NCBI GenBank assembly: GCA_963740355.1
Contig: CAVUDW010000002.1
Span: 96,001-160,000, forward strand
Length of the DNA: 64,000 nt
Source: an uncultured Gemmatimonadaceae bacterium
GTDB taxonomy: Bacteria > Gemmatimonadota > Gemmatimonadetes > Gemmatimonadales > Gemmatimonadaceae
Direction: 5' to 3'
The position numbers and the translations under genes are program-made. Of the stretch, positions 19,057 through 28,693 are shown piece after piece. Each line of letters opens with the position of its first letter. The first letter of the stretch is position 1. Below the pieces are notes generated by a model. The model saw only the letters and a program-made list of their open reading frames with translations. It searched no databases and was not told where the DNA came from.

Positions 19057-20130
19057 TCAGACGGCGGCGAGGCGGCGCATCATGACGACCTGGAGCGCCC
19101 GGACGACCTGCGGGTCGAGGAGGGCGCCGGCGACCGTGCCGAGATAGGCCAGCGAGTCGTCGGGTCGCATCGGGTCACGATAGGCGCGCTGCGACGTCAG
19201 GGCATCGAAGGCGTCGGCACCGGCCAGGATGCGTCCGCCAAGGGTGATGCTGTCGCCACGGATGCCGCGGGGATAGCCGCTGCCGTCCCAGTGCTCGTGA
19301 TGGTCGTGGATGAAGTCCAGCACGTGATCCAGCTGCTGCAACGGGCGCAGGATCTCGATCCCGATGCGCACATGCTGCTTCACATGCTCGAATTCCGTGA
19401 CGGTGAGTGCCGAGGGCTTGTTGAGAATTTCTTCTCGAATGCCAATCTTGCCCACGTCGTGGAGGCGCCCCGCGAGACGGATGCGTTCGACGATCTCCGG
19501 TTCCTGGCCCAGCTCGATCGCCATCTCGGCCGCGAGGTCAGCCACGCGCTGAGAATGGCCTCGCAAATAGACATCCTTCGCTTCCATTGCGATGATGAGC
19601 GTCTCCACGACGCTCACCGAGAGCAGGCGGAGGGATTCCTTCTCCCGCTCCAGCTCGGCGGTGCGCAGCTGCACCTCCTCCTGGATTCGGGTGTCGAACC
19701 GCTCCTTCTCCATGCGCGAATGGCGACGCGCGAGGGCGCGAATCACGGCATCCTGCAAGGCGCGGAGTTCGATCGGCTTGACGAGGTAGTCGATCGCGCC
19801 GCCGGCGAGCACATGGGCTGCTGTTGGCGCATCGTTGACGGCGCTGAGCATCAGCACGGCCAGGTTCGGATCGTGTTCGAGCACACGCGGCAACAGTTCC
19901 GGACCGGAAAGTCCCGGCATGCGCACATCGCAGATCATGGCATCGAACGAATTCGTCTCGAACTGCATCAGCGCATCGGTGCCGTTGCCGGCTGACTCGA
20001 CACCGTAGCCACAGCGCTGAAGAAACCGGACCATCGCGACGCGGATCGACTCGTCGTCATCAACGACAAGGATGCGTGCGAGCGGTGCCGGAGCCGGTTT
20101 CGGGGCGAGCGCCTGAATGGCAGTGGTCAC
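19057..20130 (-). CDS. REC + HD-GYP cyclic-di-GMP phosphodiesterase
   Basis: Receiver domain; GHSQRV, LHDVGKIG, HHEHWDGSGYP; GTGA overlap with the upstream gene. Confidence 0.93.
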   Translation of the reverse strand: MTTAIQALAPKPAPAPLARILVVDDDESIRVAMVRFLQRCGYGVESAGNGTDALMQFETNSFDAMICDVRMPGLSGPELLPRVLEHDPNLAVLMLSAVNDAPTAAHVLAGGAIDYLVKPIELRALQDAVIRALARRHSRMEKERFDTRIQEEVQLRTAELEREKESLRLLSVSVVETLIIAMEAKDVYLRGHSQRVADLAAEMAIELGQEPEIVERIRLAGRLHDVGKIGIREEILNKPSALTVTEFEHVKQHVRIGIEILRPLQQLDHVLDFIHDHHEHWDGSGYPRGIRGDSITLGGRILAGADAFDALTSQRAYRDPMRPDDSLAYLGTVAGALLDPQVVRALQVVMMRRLAAV

Positions 20131-21872
20131 GAGGGCTGCTGCGGAGAGCCAATACGAAGTGGGATCGCCAAACGACGGATGGTGCGACCGTCGTCGGTGC
20201 GGATGACTGAAATGGTAGCACCATGGAGCTCCCATTCAGAAGGGACAATCCCAATTGGCACGCCATCATCCGCCACTGTTAGAACGGCCAAACCTCCTTC
20301 GAGGCCTGCGCGGATGTCGATCCGCCGCCGCGCCGAGCCGAGCAACGCCGTTTCGGATGAGACGAGTGCCGAGGCCAGCCAATCGCGCAGCGCGGCATGC
20401 GGCCATGGCACCGGCGGCAGCGATGGATCGACGCTGACGTTGGTGGTGATGGCGAGCGCCCGCTGCGTTTCCGCGCGTTCGCGCAGGATGTCATTGACCA
20501 GCATCTCGACCGCCACGGGATCGGGACAGCTATCCGCGTCGTCGGCCAAGCCGCGTAGTGTCCGAGCGGCATCACTCGCGCGCCGCGCGCTGCGCTGAAT
20601 CAGTGTGACGAGTTCGAGCACTTCGGGCGGCAACTCTTCATCGGCCAGCAATTCGGAGAGTGCGCTGATGCCGGCGATGGGCGAGGTGAGATCGTGCAAG
20701 CGGCCGGCGAGGGTGCTGCGCAACGCGTGCAGCGTCTCGAGACCAGGATCGGTTGGTGTGCGCGCGACGCGCACCATCAACACGTTCAGGGCTCGCGCCA
20801 GTGTGCCGGCCTGCTGCTCGATGCGGCGCGTCGCTTCGTGCGGTACGGGACGATCGGGATCGAACACGATGTCCACTCGACCGACGGCGACATCATGGTC
20901 GATCAAGGCAATCGATGCGCCGGGCAGGGCAGGGACGAGTGACCGCCAGCGCTCCGGCACCAGGTGACGCGCGTCCGGCATCTGCACGGCGCGCCGTTGC
21001 CTCGCGAGATGTTCGGCGCGATCGACATCGAGTGGCGTGCGCACGCCACGCAGTGCGGCGAGTGCACCAAGAGCGGCAGGAAAACGCAAGGCGCCACTGG
21101 TTCGCTCGCGCACCGCGATGCTCACGCCAAGGAAGGCGGGATCATCGAGGCGATGGATGATCGATGTCGCGAAGTCGTCAACGGTGACGGCCGACGCGGC
21201 GTCGAACAACATCGGCACCACGAAGTTCGACTCGGGCTGCGCGGTCGGCTCGTCGGCGACGACTCGTGCTCCGGTGCCACGCCGGCGAAGGACGAGCGCC
21301 GCAAGCGAACCCAGTTCGTGTGCGAAGGTGCCGTCAGCGACGGTGAACAGTCGGCCAGGGCCGCCGATGATGGAGATCACACCAACGGCGTGTTCACCAT
21401 CCACCAGCAGTGGTGCGGCGACGGCGCGCACAGGCGTACGTGCGATGACCGTGTCGGACCAGCGCACACCGGTGCTCGGATCCGCAAAGACCGCAGCGTG
21501 TGCAGTCAGCGCACGAGCAGCGAAGGCACGATCACGTGGCACACGTGATCCCGCTTCAACCGGGATTTCACCATGCGCTGCAACGACCACCAGCGCGTCG
21601 GAATCTTCCATGGTGAGCCCAACCCAGGCGCCAGCACCTTGCAACGACTCGACGGCAACCGTCAGCAGTCGTGCAAACGCGGCGTGTGTGGTGGGGAGCG
21701 TCTCGATTTCGTTGGCGAGCGCGCGCAACCGGCGCGAACGCGACGCATCATCGGCAGTGCCGCCACCACGCGATGCGCCACCAGCAGGCGCATCGGTGAT
21801 CGGCGGTTGCGGAATGAGCGGGGGAGTGGACGGACCCGTCACGTCGACGCCGCGAAACGGCGAATCAGGCAT
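20127..21872 (-). CDS. GAF-GAF histidine-kinase-like protein with a degenerate, shortened ATPase domain
   Basis: H-box LHDLTSPIAGI present; no N-box Asn; VADDG only; F/G2 boxes missing. Confidence 0.7.
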   Translation of the reverse strand: MPDSPFRGVDVTGPSTPPLIPQPPITDAPAGGASRGGGTADDASRSRRLRALANEIETLPTTHAAFARLLTVAVESLQGAGAWVGLTMEDSDALVVVAAHGEIPVEAGSRVPRDRAFAARALTAHAAVFADPSTGVRWSDTVIARTPVRAVAAPLLVDGEHAVGVISIIGGPGRLFTVADGTFAHELGSLAALVLRRRGTGARVVADEPTAQPESNFVVPMLFDAASAVTVDDFATSIIHRLDDPAFLGVSIAVRERTSGALRFPAALGALAALRGVRTPLDVDRAEHLARQRRAVQMPDARHLVPERWRSLVPALPGASIALIDHDVAVGRVDIVFDPDRPVPHEATRRIEQQAGTLARALNVLMVRVARTPTDPGLETLHALRSTLAGRLHDLTSPIAGISALSELLADEELPPEVLELVTLIQRSARRASDAARTLRGLADDADSCPDPVAVEMLVNDILRERAETQRALAITTNVSVDPSLPPVPWPHAALRDWLASALVSSETALLGSARRRIDIRAGLEGGLAVLTVADDGVPIGIVPSEWELHGATISVIRTDDGRTIRRLAIPLRIGSPQQPS

Positions 21873-21887
21873 CGACGCGCTCCGACA

Positions 21888-22727
21888 TTACTCGGCGAAT
21901 TCCACGGTGACGGCGTGCGGAATGAGGCCCGCTTCCGTGCCGCGCTGCAAGAAGAGCTGTACCGCTGCGCGGCCAGCATCGCCGTAGTCGAGGGTCCACT
22001 CATTCACATACATGCCGACAAACGTATCCGCCTGTGAGCGATCAAGTCCACGTGCGTACTTCATCGCGTGGTCGAGTGCGGCACGGCGATGTGTCAGGCC
22101 ATACGCAATGCTGTCGCGCAGATGGCGGCTGATCATGGCGATCAGGTCCGGGCCGAGGTCCTTGCGGATGATGTTGCCACCGAGGGGCAGCGGCAGCTGC
22201 GTTTCCTCGTGCCACCAGACGCCGAGGTCGAGCAGCATGTGCAGTCCGCGCTCGCCGAAGGTCAGCTGTCCTTCATGAATAAGGAGTCCGAGGTCGACTG
22301 TACCGTCGAGCACGGCATCCTCGATCTTGTCGAACGGTACGAAGACGGCTTCGAAGTCGGGTTCGTAGAGGCGCAGCGCGAGATAGGCGCTGGTGAGCGG
22401 ACCGGGCACGGCAATGCGTGCGCCCTTGATGGCATCGGGACCGCGCTTCATACGACCCACGACACGCGGGCCGTACTTGTCCCCCATCGATGCACCGTGC
22501 GGCAACAGCGCATAGTGATCGGAGAGATAGGCGAAGGCGTGAATCGAGACGGCAGTGACTTCGAGTTCCTGCTTCAGCGCGCGCTGGTTGAGCGTCTCGA
22601 TGTCCTGCAACTGGTGCACGTAGGCGAGCCCTTCGGTATCCACCTTGCCTTCGGCCAACGCGTAAAACATGAACGCGTCGTCCGAATCCGGGCTGTGCGC
22701 GACGGTGATGGTGCGAGTCGGTTCCAT
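21888..22727 (-). CDS. mqnD: 1,4-dihydroxy-6-naphthoate synthase (futalosine pathway)
   Basis: AHSPDSDDAFMFYAL, DIETLN, LLIHEGQLT, PLPLGGN, MYVNE; alternative GTG start at 22742. Confidence 0.9.
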   Translation of the reverse strand: MEPTRTITVAHSPDSDDAFMFYALAEGKVDTEGLAYVHQLQDIETLNQRALKQELEVTAVSIHAFAYLSDHYALLPHGASMGDKYGPRVVGRMKRGPDAIKGARIAVPGPLTSAYLALRLYEPDFEAVFVPFDKIEDAVLDGTVDLGLLIHEGQLTFGERGLHMLLDLGVWWHEETQLPLPLGGNIIRKDLGPDLIAMISRHLRDSIAYGLTHRRAALDHAMKYARGLDRSQADTFVGMYVNEWTLDYGDAGRAAVQLFLQRGTEAGLIPHAVTVEFAE

Positions 22728-22738
22728 TGTTTTTTTAG

Positions 22739-23551
22739 TCACTTGACGTTCCGTCGCGCGCGAGCGAGCGCGCTGTCGAGGTCGATCTGCGTTACCTGGT
22801 ATTCCTGCAGGTTCTTGGCACGCTCTGCAGTTGCTGCCGCCAACAAACGTCGATCGAACTCTGCTTGTGCCTTGTATTCCTTGCGCATCCCTGCTGCAGT
22901 ACTGGCAAGTGAGAGGCCAAGCAGGTGTGTCGGCGATGCCTTGAGGATCGTATCCGCCTGCGCGGTGGCGATTTCCTTCACGTCAGCGAGTTCGGCGATG
23001 CGGCCGAGCTCGAAACGCTGGAGCAGCGTTGGCGTGGGAAGACTCTGGAACGACATCAGTGCCATCGGTGCGAAGAATTGCACCGAGTCACGCTTGCCCT
23101 GTTCGGCCAGCGAGACGACGCGGTTGAAGAGTCGCAGGGCCCGTTCGTCGGGCGACATGGCCGAGATGTCAGGCGCACGGACCGGACGCTCAGCGGCCGG
23201 ATCACCGACGGCGGGGGCACCGCCGCCGGCTGACGGATCGGAGACGAATGGACCGCCACCCGGGGCTGCGGCGACGGCCGGCGCTTCCGGAGAGGCGGGG
23301 CGACGGCCGAAGCGCTGGCCTGCGACGAGGGCGATCAGGGCGAGCAGCGCGATGGCGGCCACAGCCCACGGCAGGGTCTGGTTGGGCTGCTGGGCGCGGG
23401 CCGGAGCTGACGCGGGGGCCGGGGTGCCGGGGGCGTACACCGGTTCACCGACGGGCTGTCCGCACCGATGACAGAAGCGGGCGCCGGATGAGAGCTGTGC
23501 GCCGCAGGCCGCACAGAATGCAGACGACATGGAAGGATCGGGAGGAGACAT
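22739..23551 (-). CDS. Zinc-ribbon + TM + helical (TPR-like) protein
   Basis: FCAACG...FCHRCG; LPWAVAAIALLALIALV TM; start at 23551 or 23530. Confidence 0.8.
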   Translation of the reverse strand: MSPPDPSMSSAFCAACGAQLSSGARFCHRCGQPVGEPVYAPGTPAPASAPARAQQPNQTLPWAVAAIALLALIALVAGQRFGRRPASPEAPAVAAAPGGGPFVSDPSAGGGAPAVGDPAAERPVRAPDISAMSPDERALRLFNRVVSLAEQGKRDSVQFFAPMALMSFQSLPTPTLLQRFELGRIAELADVKEIATAQADTILKASPTHLLGLSLASTAAGMRKEYKAQAEFDRRLLAAATAERAKNLQEYQVTQIDLDSALARARRNVK

Positions 23552-23643
23552 CGCGGTCCAGAGATGGCCCGCGGTAACCGAGCAATCTACATCCGCTCCG
23601 GGTTCCCTCGCTGGACGCCGTTTGCCGGGCGTAGCTTTGGCGG

Positions 23644-25005
23644 ATGACACCAGACACACCAGCCGCCAACGAGCTGCGGACCGCCTCGCCCGAGGACATT
23701 CAGGCACTGTTGCGGGACCAGGACATCCGGTTCCTGCGCCTGCAATTCACGGACATCCTGGGCGTGATCAAGAACGTGGAGATCCCGCGGAGCCAGTTCG
23801 CGAAGGCGCTGGCGGGGGACATCCTGTTCGACGGCAGCTCGATCGAGGGGTTCGTGCGGGTGGAGGAGAGCGACATGCTGCTGAAGCCGGACCTCTCGAC
23901 CTACCGCGCGCTGCCATTCGGCGCTCCGGGGTCGCAGGTCGCGCGGCTGATCTGCGACATCTCGATGCCCGATGGGGCGCCATTCGTGGGCGACCCGCGC
24001 GGCCGGCTGAAGGCGGTGCTGGCCCGGGCCGCGGCAATGGGCTTCACGATGAACGCCGGGATGGAGGCGGAGTTTTTCCTCTTCAAGCAGGACAGCACGG
24101 GCAAGGCGACCACGGACACACACGATGTGGGCGGCTATTTCGACCTCGCGCCGGTGGACCTGGGCGAGGAGGCGCGTCGCGCGATCGTGGACACGCTGGA
24201 GCAGATGGGCTTCGAGGTGGAAGCCAGTCATCACGAAGTAGCGCATGGTCAGCACGAGATCGACTTCCGCTATGCCGATGCGCTGACCACCGCCGACAAC
24301 CTGACCACGTTCCGGTTCGTGGTGAAGCAGGTGGCGCAGCGCTTCGGATTGAGCGCGAGCTTCATGCCGAAGCCGATCTTCGGGCAGAACGGCAGTGGCA
24401 TGCACACGCACCAGTCGCTCTTCCGCGGCAATGAAAATGCGTTCTGGCAGGCGGATGCGCCGTTCGAGTTGAGCCAGACGGCGTTGTACTACATCGGCGG
24501 GTTGTTGCGACATGCGCGCGGCTACTGCGCGGTGACGAATCCACTGGTGAACAGCTACAAGCGGCTGGTGCCGGGCTTCGAGGCGCCGATCAACGTGGCG
24601 TGGAGCATGCGCAATCGGTCGCCGATGCTGCGGATTCCGGCGCGTCGCGGCACGGGGACACGGGTGGAGCATCGGTTGCCGGATCCGAGTGCCAATCCGT
24701 ACCTGGCGCTGGCGGTGATGTTGTCGGCGGGGCTGGATGGGATCGAGACCCAGGCTGATTCACGCGAGCCGGTGGATACGAACATCTTCGAGATGAGTTA
24801 TCGCGAGAAGCGGCGGTTGCGGATTGATGATCTGCCGAGGGACTTGAACGAGGCGTGTGATGAGTTGGAGAAGGATGATGTGATTCGGGAGGCGTTGGGG
24901 GAGCACATTTTCCAGCACTTCCTGGCGGCGAAGCGGGCGGAGTGGGGGTTGTATTCGAGTGCGATCCATCCGTGGGAGGTGGAGCGGTATTTGATGAAGT
25001 ATTGA
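23644..25005 (+). CDS. glnA: Glutamine synthetase type I (GSI-alpha-like)
   Basis: FDGSSIEGF, EAEFFLF, HHEVAHGQHEI, FMPKP..NGSGMHTHQS, NSYKRLVPGFEAP. Confidence 0.96.
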   Translation: MTPDTPAANELRTASPEDIQALLRDQDIRFLRLQFTDILGVIKNVEIPRSQFAKALAGDILFDGSSIEGFVRVEESDMLLKPDLSTYRALPFGAPGSQVARLICDISMPDGAPFVGDPRGRLKAVLARAAAMGFTMNAGMEAEFFLFKQDSTGKATTDTHDVGGYFDLAPVDLGEEARRAIVDTLEQMGFEVEASHHEVAHGQHEIDFRYADALTTADNLTTFRFVVKQVAQRFGLSASFMPKPIFGQNGSGMHTHQSLFRGNENAFWQADAPFELSQTALYYIGGLLRHARGYCAVTNPLVNSYKRLVPGFEAPINVAWSMRNRSPMLRIPARRGTGTRVEHRLPDPSANPYLALAVMLSAGLDGIETQADSREPVDTNIFEMSYREKRRLRIDDLPRDLNEACDELEKDDVIREALGEHIFQHFLAAKRAEWGLYSSAIHPWEVERYLMKY

Positions 25006-25152
25006 GGGGGCACGTGGGAGAACCCGGCAGAGCCGAGTGTTTCGTACAACTGATGCAGGCTTACTTTTGTACACGCAAGGAACTGTTGGCTCATCGAACG
25101 GCTGGTGCATTCATTCGCGAAACGCGCAGCTGCAACCGAGCCGACGCGTGAC

Positions 25153-26811
25153 TCACGGCACTTCGGTCCTGCCGTTTCGGGACCAGAGCAACACCGTTCC
25201 GCACTGATTGCCGGATCGCCGAAAACCGTCCGGTACGTCGCGCGGCTTTGCGTAAAGCTCCATTGCTCCAATCTCGGCGCCGGACGTCCGTCGCAGCGCG
25301 GCAGCACCCACGCGTTCGCCGTCGAGAAACAGTTTGAGCAAGCAGGTCGCAGAGGCACCAGACGCACCTGCTGACGCGATGACTGGCAAGAATGCTCCGG
25401 TAGTCCAGCCTTCGGCGAGATCCACATCGTCGTCGCGCGGCGGCGCGGGAACACCGTCCGGGACGACGAACAGGCTCACGCCTTCGAAGCGACGTAGCAG
25501 TTCAACGGCCGTTGCCGGCGCGGACGATTCCCATTGCGTTGAGTCGAGAAAGACGCCGATACCGAAGCGACGACGTTCCCCAAATGTGCGGCGCCAATCG
25601 CGAGCAGTTCGTGCTGCCGCACTCGTGGCCACGATCAGCTTTCCACCAACAATCACCTGATCGCCGGATGCGCGACTCGTCGCACGATCGGTCGCACGAG
25701 GTGGTGGGCCACTCGACTGTCGGGATACGCCACCTGGATGCGCGGTCTCCCCAATCGTATGTGCGACGAACGTTGCGTTGAGTGCCTCGACCGCACCGCC
25801 GACCTCGTGATATCCGGTCAGTCGTGGACCCCGGGCCCATGCCACACGCACCATGCGCGGCATCCGGATCGACCACGAAGTCACGATCCAGTTGCCGTCC
25901 GGCAGTTGGTCGAACCGCACGTCACCACCGGCATGTGCAGTGCCCGCCGGAAACAGGCTGTCGGCATTTACGAACTTGAAGACGATGCGTTGCAGCGCGC
26001 CGCTCGCCGCATCCACATACGCGGTTCCGGTAATGTCAGGCTGTCGCTGTGACGGCGACGGACGGAATCGTAGTTCGGCGAGCGCCGGATTTTCGTCAAC
26101 GTCCGGGGTATCAAAGCAATGTGTCGCGGCGAACGACTCGGAGAGCAGGGCGTTCTCATCGGGCGCGAAATACTGCAGCGTGCGGTTGGCGTCAGATCGC
26201 ACGTAGCCATGCACTGCCAGTGAATCGGGATGCGCGGCAGCGAACGGCCGCCCAAGCCCACGCCGAATCTGCACGGGGGATTCGTTGACGACTGTCAGTG
26301 CACGATCAAGGTCGCGGTCGTAAGTGGCCGCTCGTAGTGATACATCGCTGGTGCGGTTCCGCTCCGCCGTGGTTGATGAGCGCAAGGCGAGCGTCACCTG
26401 CTCCCAGAGCATGGACGTCCTGTCGTGCCGGTCATCGGCACGTGAACAACTTCCGCTCGCTGCGACGACGCGCGTTGCCGGCAACGAGAAACTCATGCTC
26501 CGCATGTCGATCGCGACGCTCACGACTTCACCGTTGCGCACGAGGCGAACCGCACCGACGCGCGGCTCGAGTCCGATGCGACGTACCGACACCACCCAGC
26601 GTCCCGCGACCGGCAAGCGAATCGTGACCTGCCCTGCGTCATTGGTCAGCGCGTGCGCGACTTGCCCGCCGCTGTCGTTCCGTGCCGTGACGAGTGCGCG
26701 TGCCACCGCTGCGCCTGTAAGCGAATCGCGCGCGTGCACACGAATTTCCTGACCAGTACCGACTTTGGCTATGATCAAGGACAGCAACAGCGCAATCAGT
26801 AGGCGACACAT
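25153..26811 (-). CDS. Exported carboxypeptidase-regulatory-like domain protein with C-terminal plug-like segment
   Basis: Signal peptide; RDSLTGAAVARALV..TNDAG..GRW.VSVRRIG; C-terminal LFLDG..IGAMELY..CGTVLLWS. Confidence 0.75.
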   Translation of the reverse strand: MCRLLIALLLSLIIAKVGTGQEIRVHARDSLTGAAVARALVTARNDSGGQVAHALTNDAGQVTIRLPVAGRWVVSVRRIGLEPRVGAVRLVRNGEVVSVAIDMRSMSFSLPATRVVAASGSCSRADDRHDRTSMLWEQVTLALRSSTTAERNRTSDVSLRAATYDRDLDRALTVVNESPVQIRRGLGRPFAAAHPDSLAVHGYVRSDANRTLQYFAPDENALLSESFAATHCFDTPDVDENPALAELRFRPSPSQRQPDITGTAYVDAASGALQRIVFKFVNADSLFPAGTAHAGGDVRFDQLPDGNWIVTSWSIRMPRMVRVAWARGPRLTGYHEVGGAVEALNATFVAHTIGETAHPGGVSRQSSGPPPRATDRATSRASGDQVIVGGKLIVATSAAARTARDWRRTFGERRRFGIGVFLDSTQWESSAPATAVELLRRFEGVSLFVVPDGVPAPPRDDDVDLAEGWTTGAFLPVIASAGASGASATCLLKLFLDGERVGAAALRRTSGAEIGAMELYAKPRDVPDGFRRSGNQCGTVLLWSRNGRTEVP

Positions 26812-26906
26812 CAACTGTCTCGTCGCGTTCAGCCGAAGTTGGATGCAGTACGCCACGGGTTGAAGAGATAGTCTGCGAATGAAACCATGGCAAATTCCAC
26901 CGTGTT

Positions 26907-26931
26907 TCTCTCTCTCTCTCTCTCTCTCTCT
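26907..26931. repeat. (TC)12 dinucleotide microsatellite
   Basis: Counted directly in the sequence. Confidence 0.95.
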
Positions 26932-26967
26932 GTGAAATCCTTCAAGGGTCGTGTGCGCTAGCCCGCG

Positions 26968-27444
26968 TCAGGTGCGTTTTGATTGCTCCGCAACGCCTAC
27001 CACACGGTCAAGGTTGTCGATCAGCCGGTTCAGTAACACGATAAGCTGCGAGGCTTCCTCATCGCTGAAACCCTCCAGCACCTCCCGGTTGCCCTGAAAC
27101 AGCGCCGCACACGCCACCGGCAATCGTGTTCTCGCGACCTTCGTGATCGAGACCTGACTGCTGCGACCATCCGCTGGATCGGGTGTCCGCCGAATCAGCC
27201 CATCGCGCTCCATGCGCGCCAGCATCTGCGCCATCGATGGCTGCTCGATGCGGGCGAAACGGGCAAGATCGCGCTGCGTGTCGGCTTGCCCGTCCTGCAA
27301 TGCGACCAGCACCGGCAACTGGCCTACACCGAATCCCAGTGGCTTGAGGCGTGACTCGGCCAGACGCGCGAAGAGCCTGGCCGCGAGACTGATGAGATGG
27401 CCGGGTGTGGACAGCACCGCCAGGAAGGACTCGCTCTCTTGCAT
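26968..27444 (-). CDS. MarR-family regulator
   Basis: TQRDLARFARIEQPSMAQMLARMERDGLIRR..DGRS; alternative GTG start at 27450. Confidence 0.92.
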   Translation of the reverse strand: MQESESFLAVLSTPGHLISLAARLFARLAESRLKPLGFGVGQLPVLVALQDGQADTQRDLARFARIEQPSMAQMLARMERDGLIRRTPDPADGRSSQVSITKVARTRLPVACAALFQGNREVLEGFSDEEASQLIVLLNRLIDNLDRVVGVAEQSKRT

Positions 27445-27475
27445 AGGCACCTATCTTAGTGCATAGTGGGCTATG
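27442..27475. promoter_or_regulatory. Tandem MarR operator candidates CATAG-N4-CTAT(G/C)
   Basis: CATAGGCACCTATC (27442-27455) and CATAGTGGGCTATG (27462-27475) between divergent genes. Confidence 0.65.
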
Positions 27476-27548
27476 TAAAGCCGGAGCGGCAGTATAAGCG
27501 GCGATCGGTTATCTGCACCACCCGACGATCCTCATGGAGAAACCACCG

Positions 27549-27920
27549 ATGTCCCAAGTGACCGACGTGCTGGCACGCATGTACGAACGCTTCAACGCGC
27601 GGGACATCGGCGGCGTGCTTGCGGCGCTCGCGGATGACGTCGCGTGGGCCAATGGCATGGACGGTGGTCACGAACACGGCCTCGATGCGGTGCGGGACTA
27701 CTGGACCCGCCAGTGGGCGGTGGTCAGCCCGCGCGTCGAGCCGGTTCGCTTCGACGAGAGTGCGGACGGGTCGGTGCTGGTGACCGTGCAGCAGACCATT
27801 CGCGATCTGGACGGCAATCCGCTGCAGGACCAGGCGCATGGGCTGCATGACAAGCTGGTCGGACACCGGTTCCGGTTTCGCGACGGCAAGGTCATCCGCT
27901 TCGACATCGAGGACGCCTGA
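27549..27920 (+). CDS. SnoaL/NTF2-like protein
   Basis: MYERFNARDIGGVLAALADDVAW..GLDAVRDYW; GGAG RBS. Confidence 0.88.
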   Translation: MSQVTDVLARMYERFNARDIGGVLAALADDVAWANGMDGGHEHGLDAVRDYWTRQWAVVSPRVEPVRFDESADGSVLVTVQQTIRDLDGNPLQDQAHGLHDKLVGHRFRFRDGKVIRFDIEDA

Positions 27921-28000
27921 GCGGCAAAGCACGGGGCCGAGTGCGAAATTGATCAGCCGTCGCCTTGTGGAACCTGCCCCACCTCTCGACCTGTCCAGCC

Positions 28001-28633
28001 ATGGCCACGACGCTGCTCGCACAGATCTCGGATGGACGTACGGATCTCGTCTACGATTTCATCGCCGAGGGGCATGCGGCGACATCGACGGACGACAATG
28101 GCGTGTCGCTGATCCAGCTCTGTGCCTACCACGGTGATGTGAGCGCGATCAAGCACCTGCTCGCGAACGGCGAAGTGCTGGCATCGCTCGGCGACAACCT
28201 CGATCTGAATGGTGCCGTCTTTCACGGGCATGTGAACCTCTCGGCGTTCCTGATCGAGAAGGGCGCCGACGTCAACAAGCCACTCATGCCGACGGCGGAA
28301 ACACCGCTGCACTCGGCGATCTGCACGACCGAGCGGCGCAGTCGCGACCAGATCATCCGGTTACTGCTCGCCGCTGGTGCGAACCCGAATTGCGCCACGC
28401 TGCCGTCAGTCGAAACGGAGTCGTTCATGCGCGACTGCCGCACCAAGGGGGAGACACCGTTGCATCGCGCCGCGGCGTTCGGGAACGAGGAGACGATACA
28501 GCTATTGCTGGACGCCGGCGCGGCGAAAGATGCGAAGGACGAACACGGAGACTCGCCGCTGAGCTGGGCGAGTTGGTATGCGCGGCCGAGGCCGATCATT
28601 CGACAACTGTGTTACGGACGATTTCGCGTCTGA
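28001..28633 (+). CDS. Ankyrin-repeat protein
   Basis: ETPLH, GETPLHRAAAFG, GDSPLSWA, LLAAGANPN. Confidence 0.92.
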   Translation: MATTLLAQISDGRTDLVYDFIAEGHAATSTDDNGVSLIQLCAYHGDVSAIKHLLANGEVLASLGDNLDLNGAVFHGHVNLSAFLIEKGADVNKPLMPTAETPLHSAICTTERRSRDQIIRLLLAAGANPNCATLPSVETESFMRDCRTKGETPLHRAAAFGNEETIQLLLDAGAAKDAKDEHGDSPLSWASWYARPRPIIRQLCYGRFRV

Positions 28634-28693
28634 GGGTGCTGCGGTGTCGCACGGCGAGCCACTGCGTTACCGCAACGTCGTAACCCACGGCAC

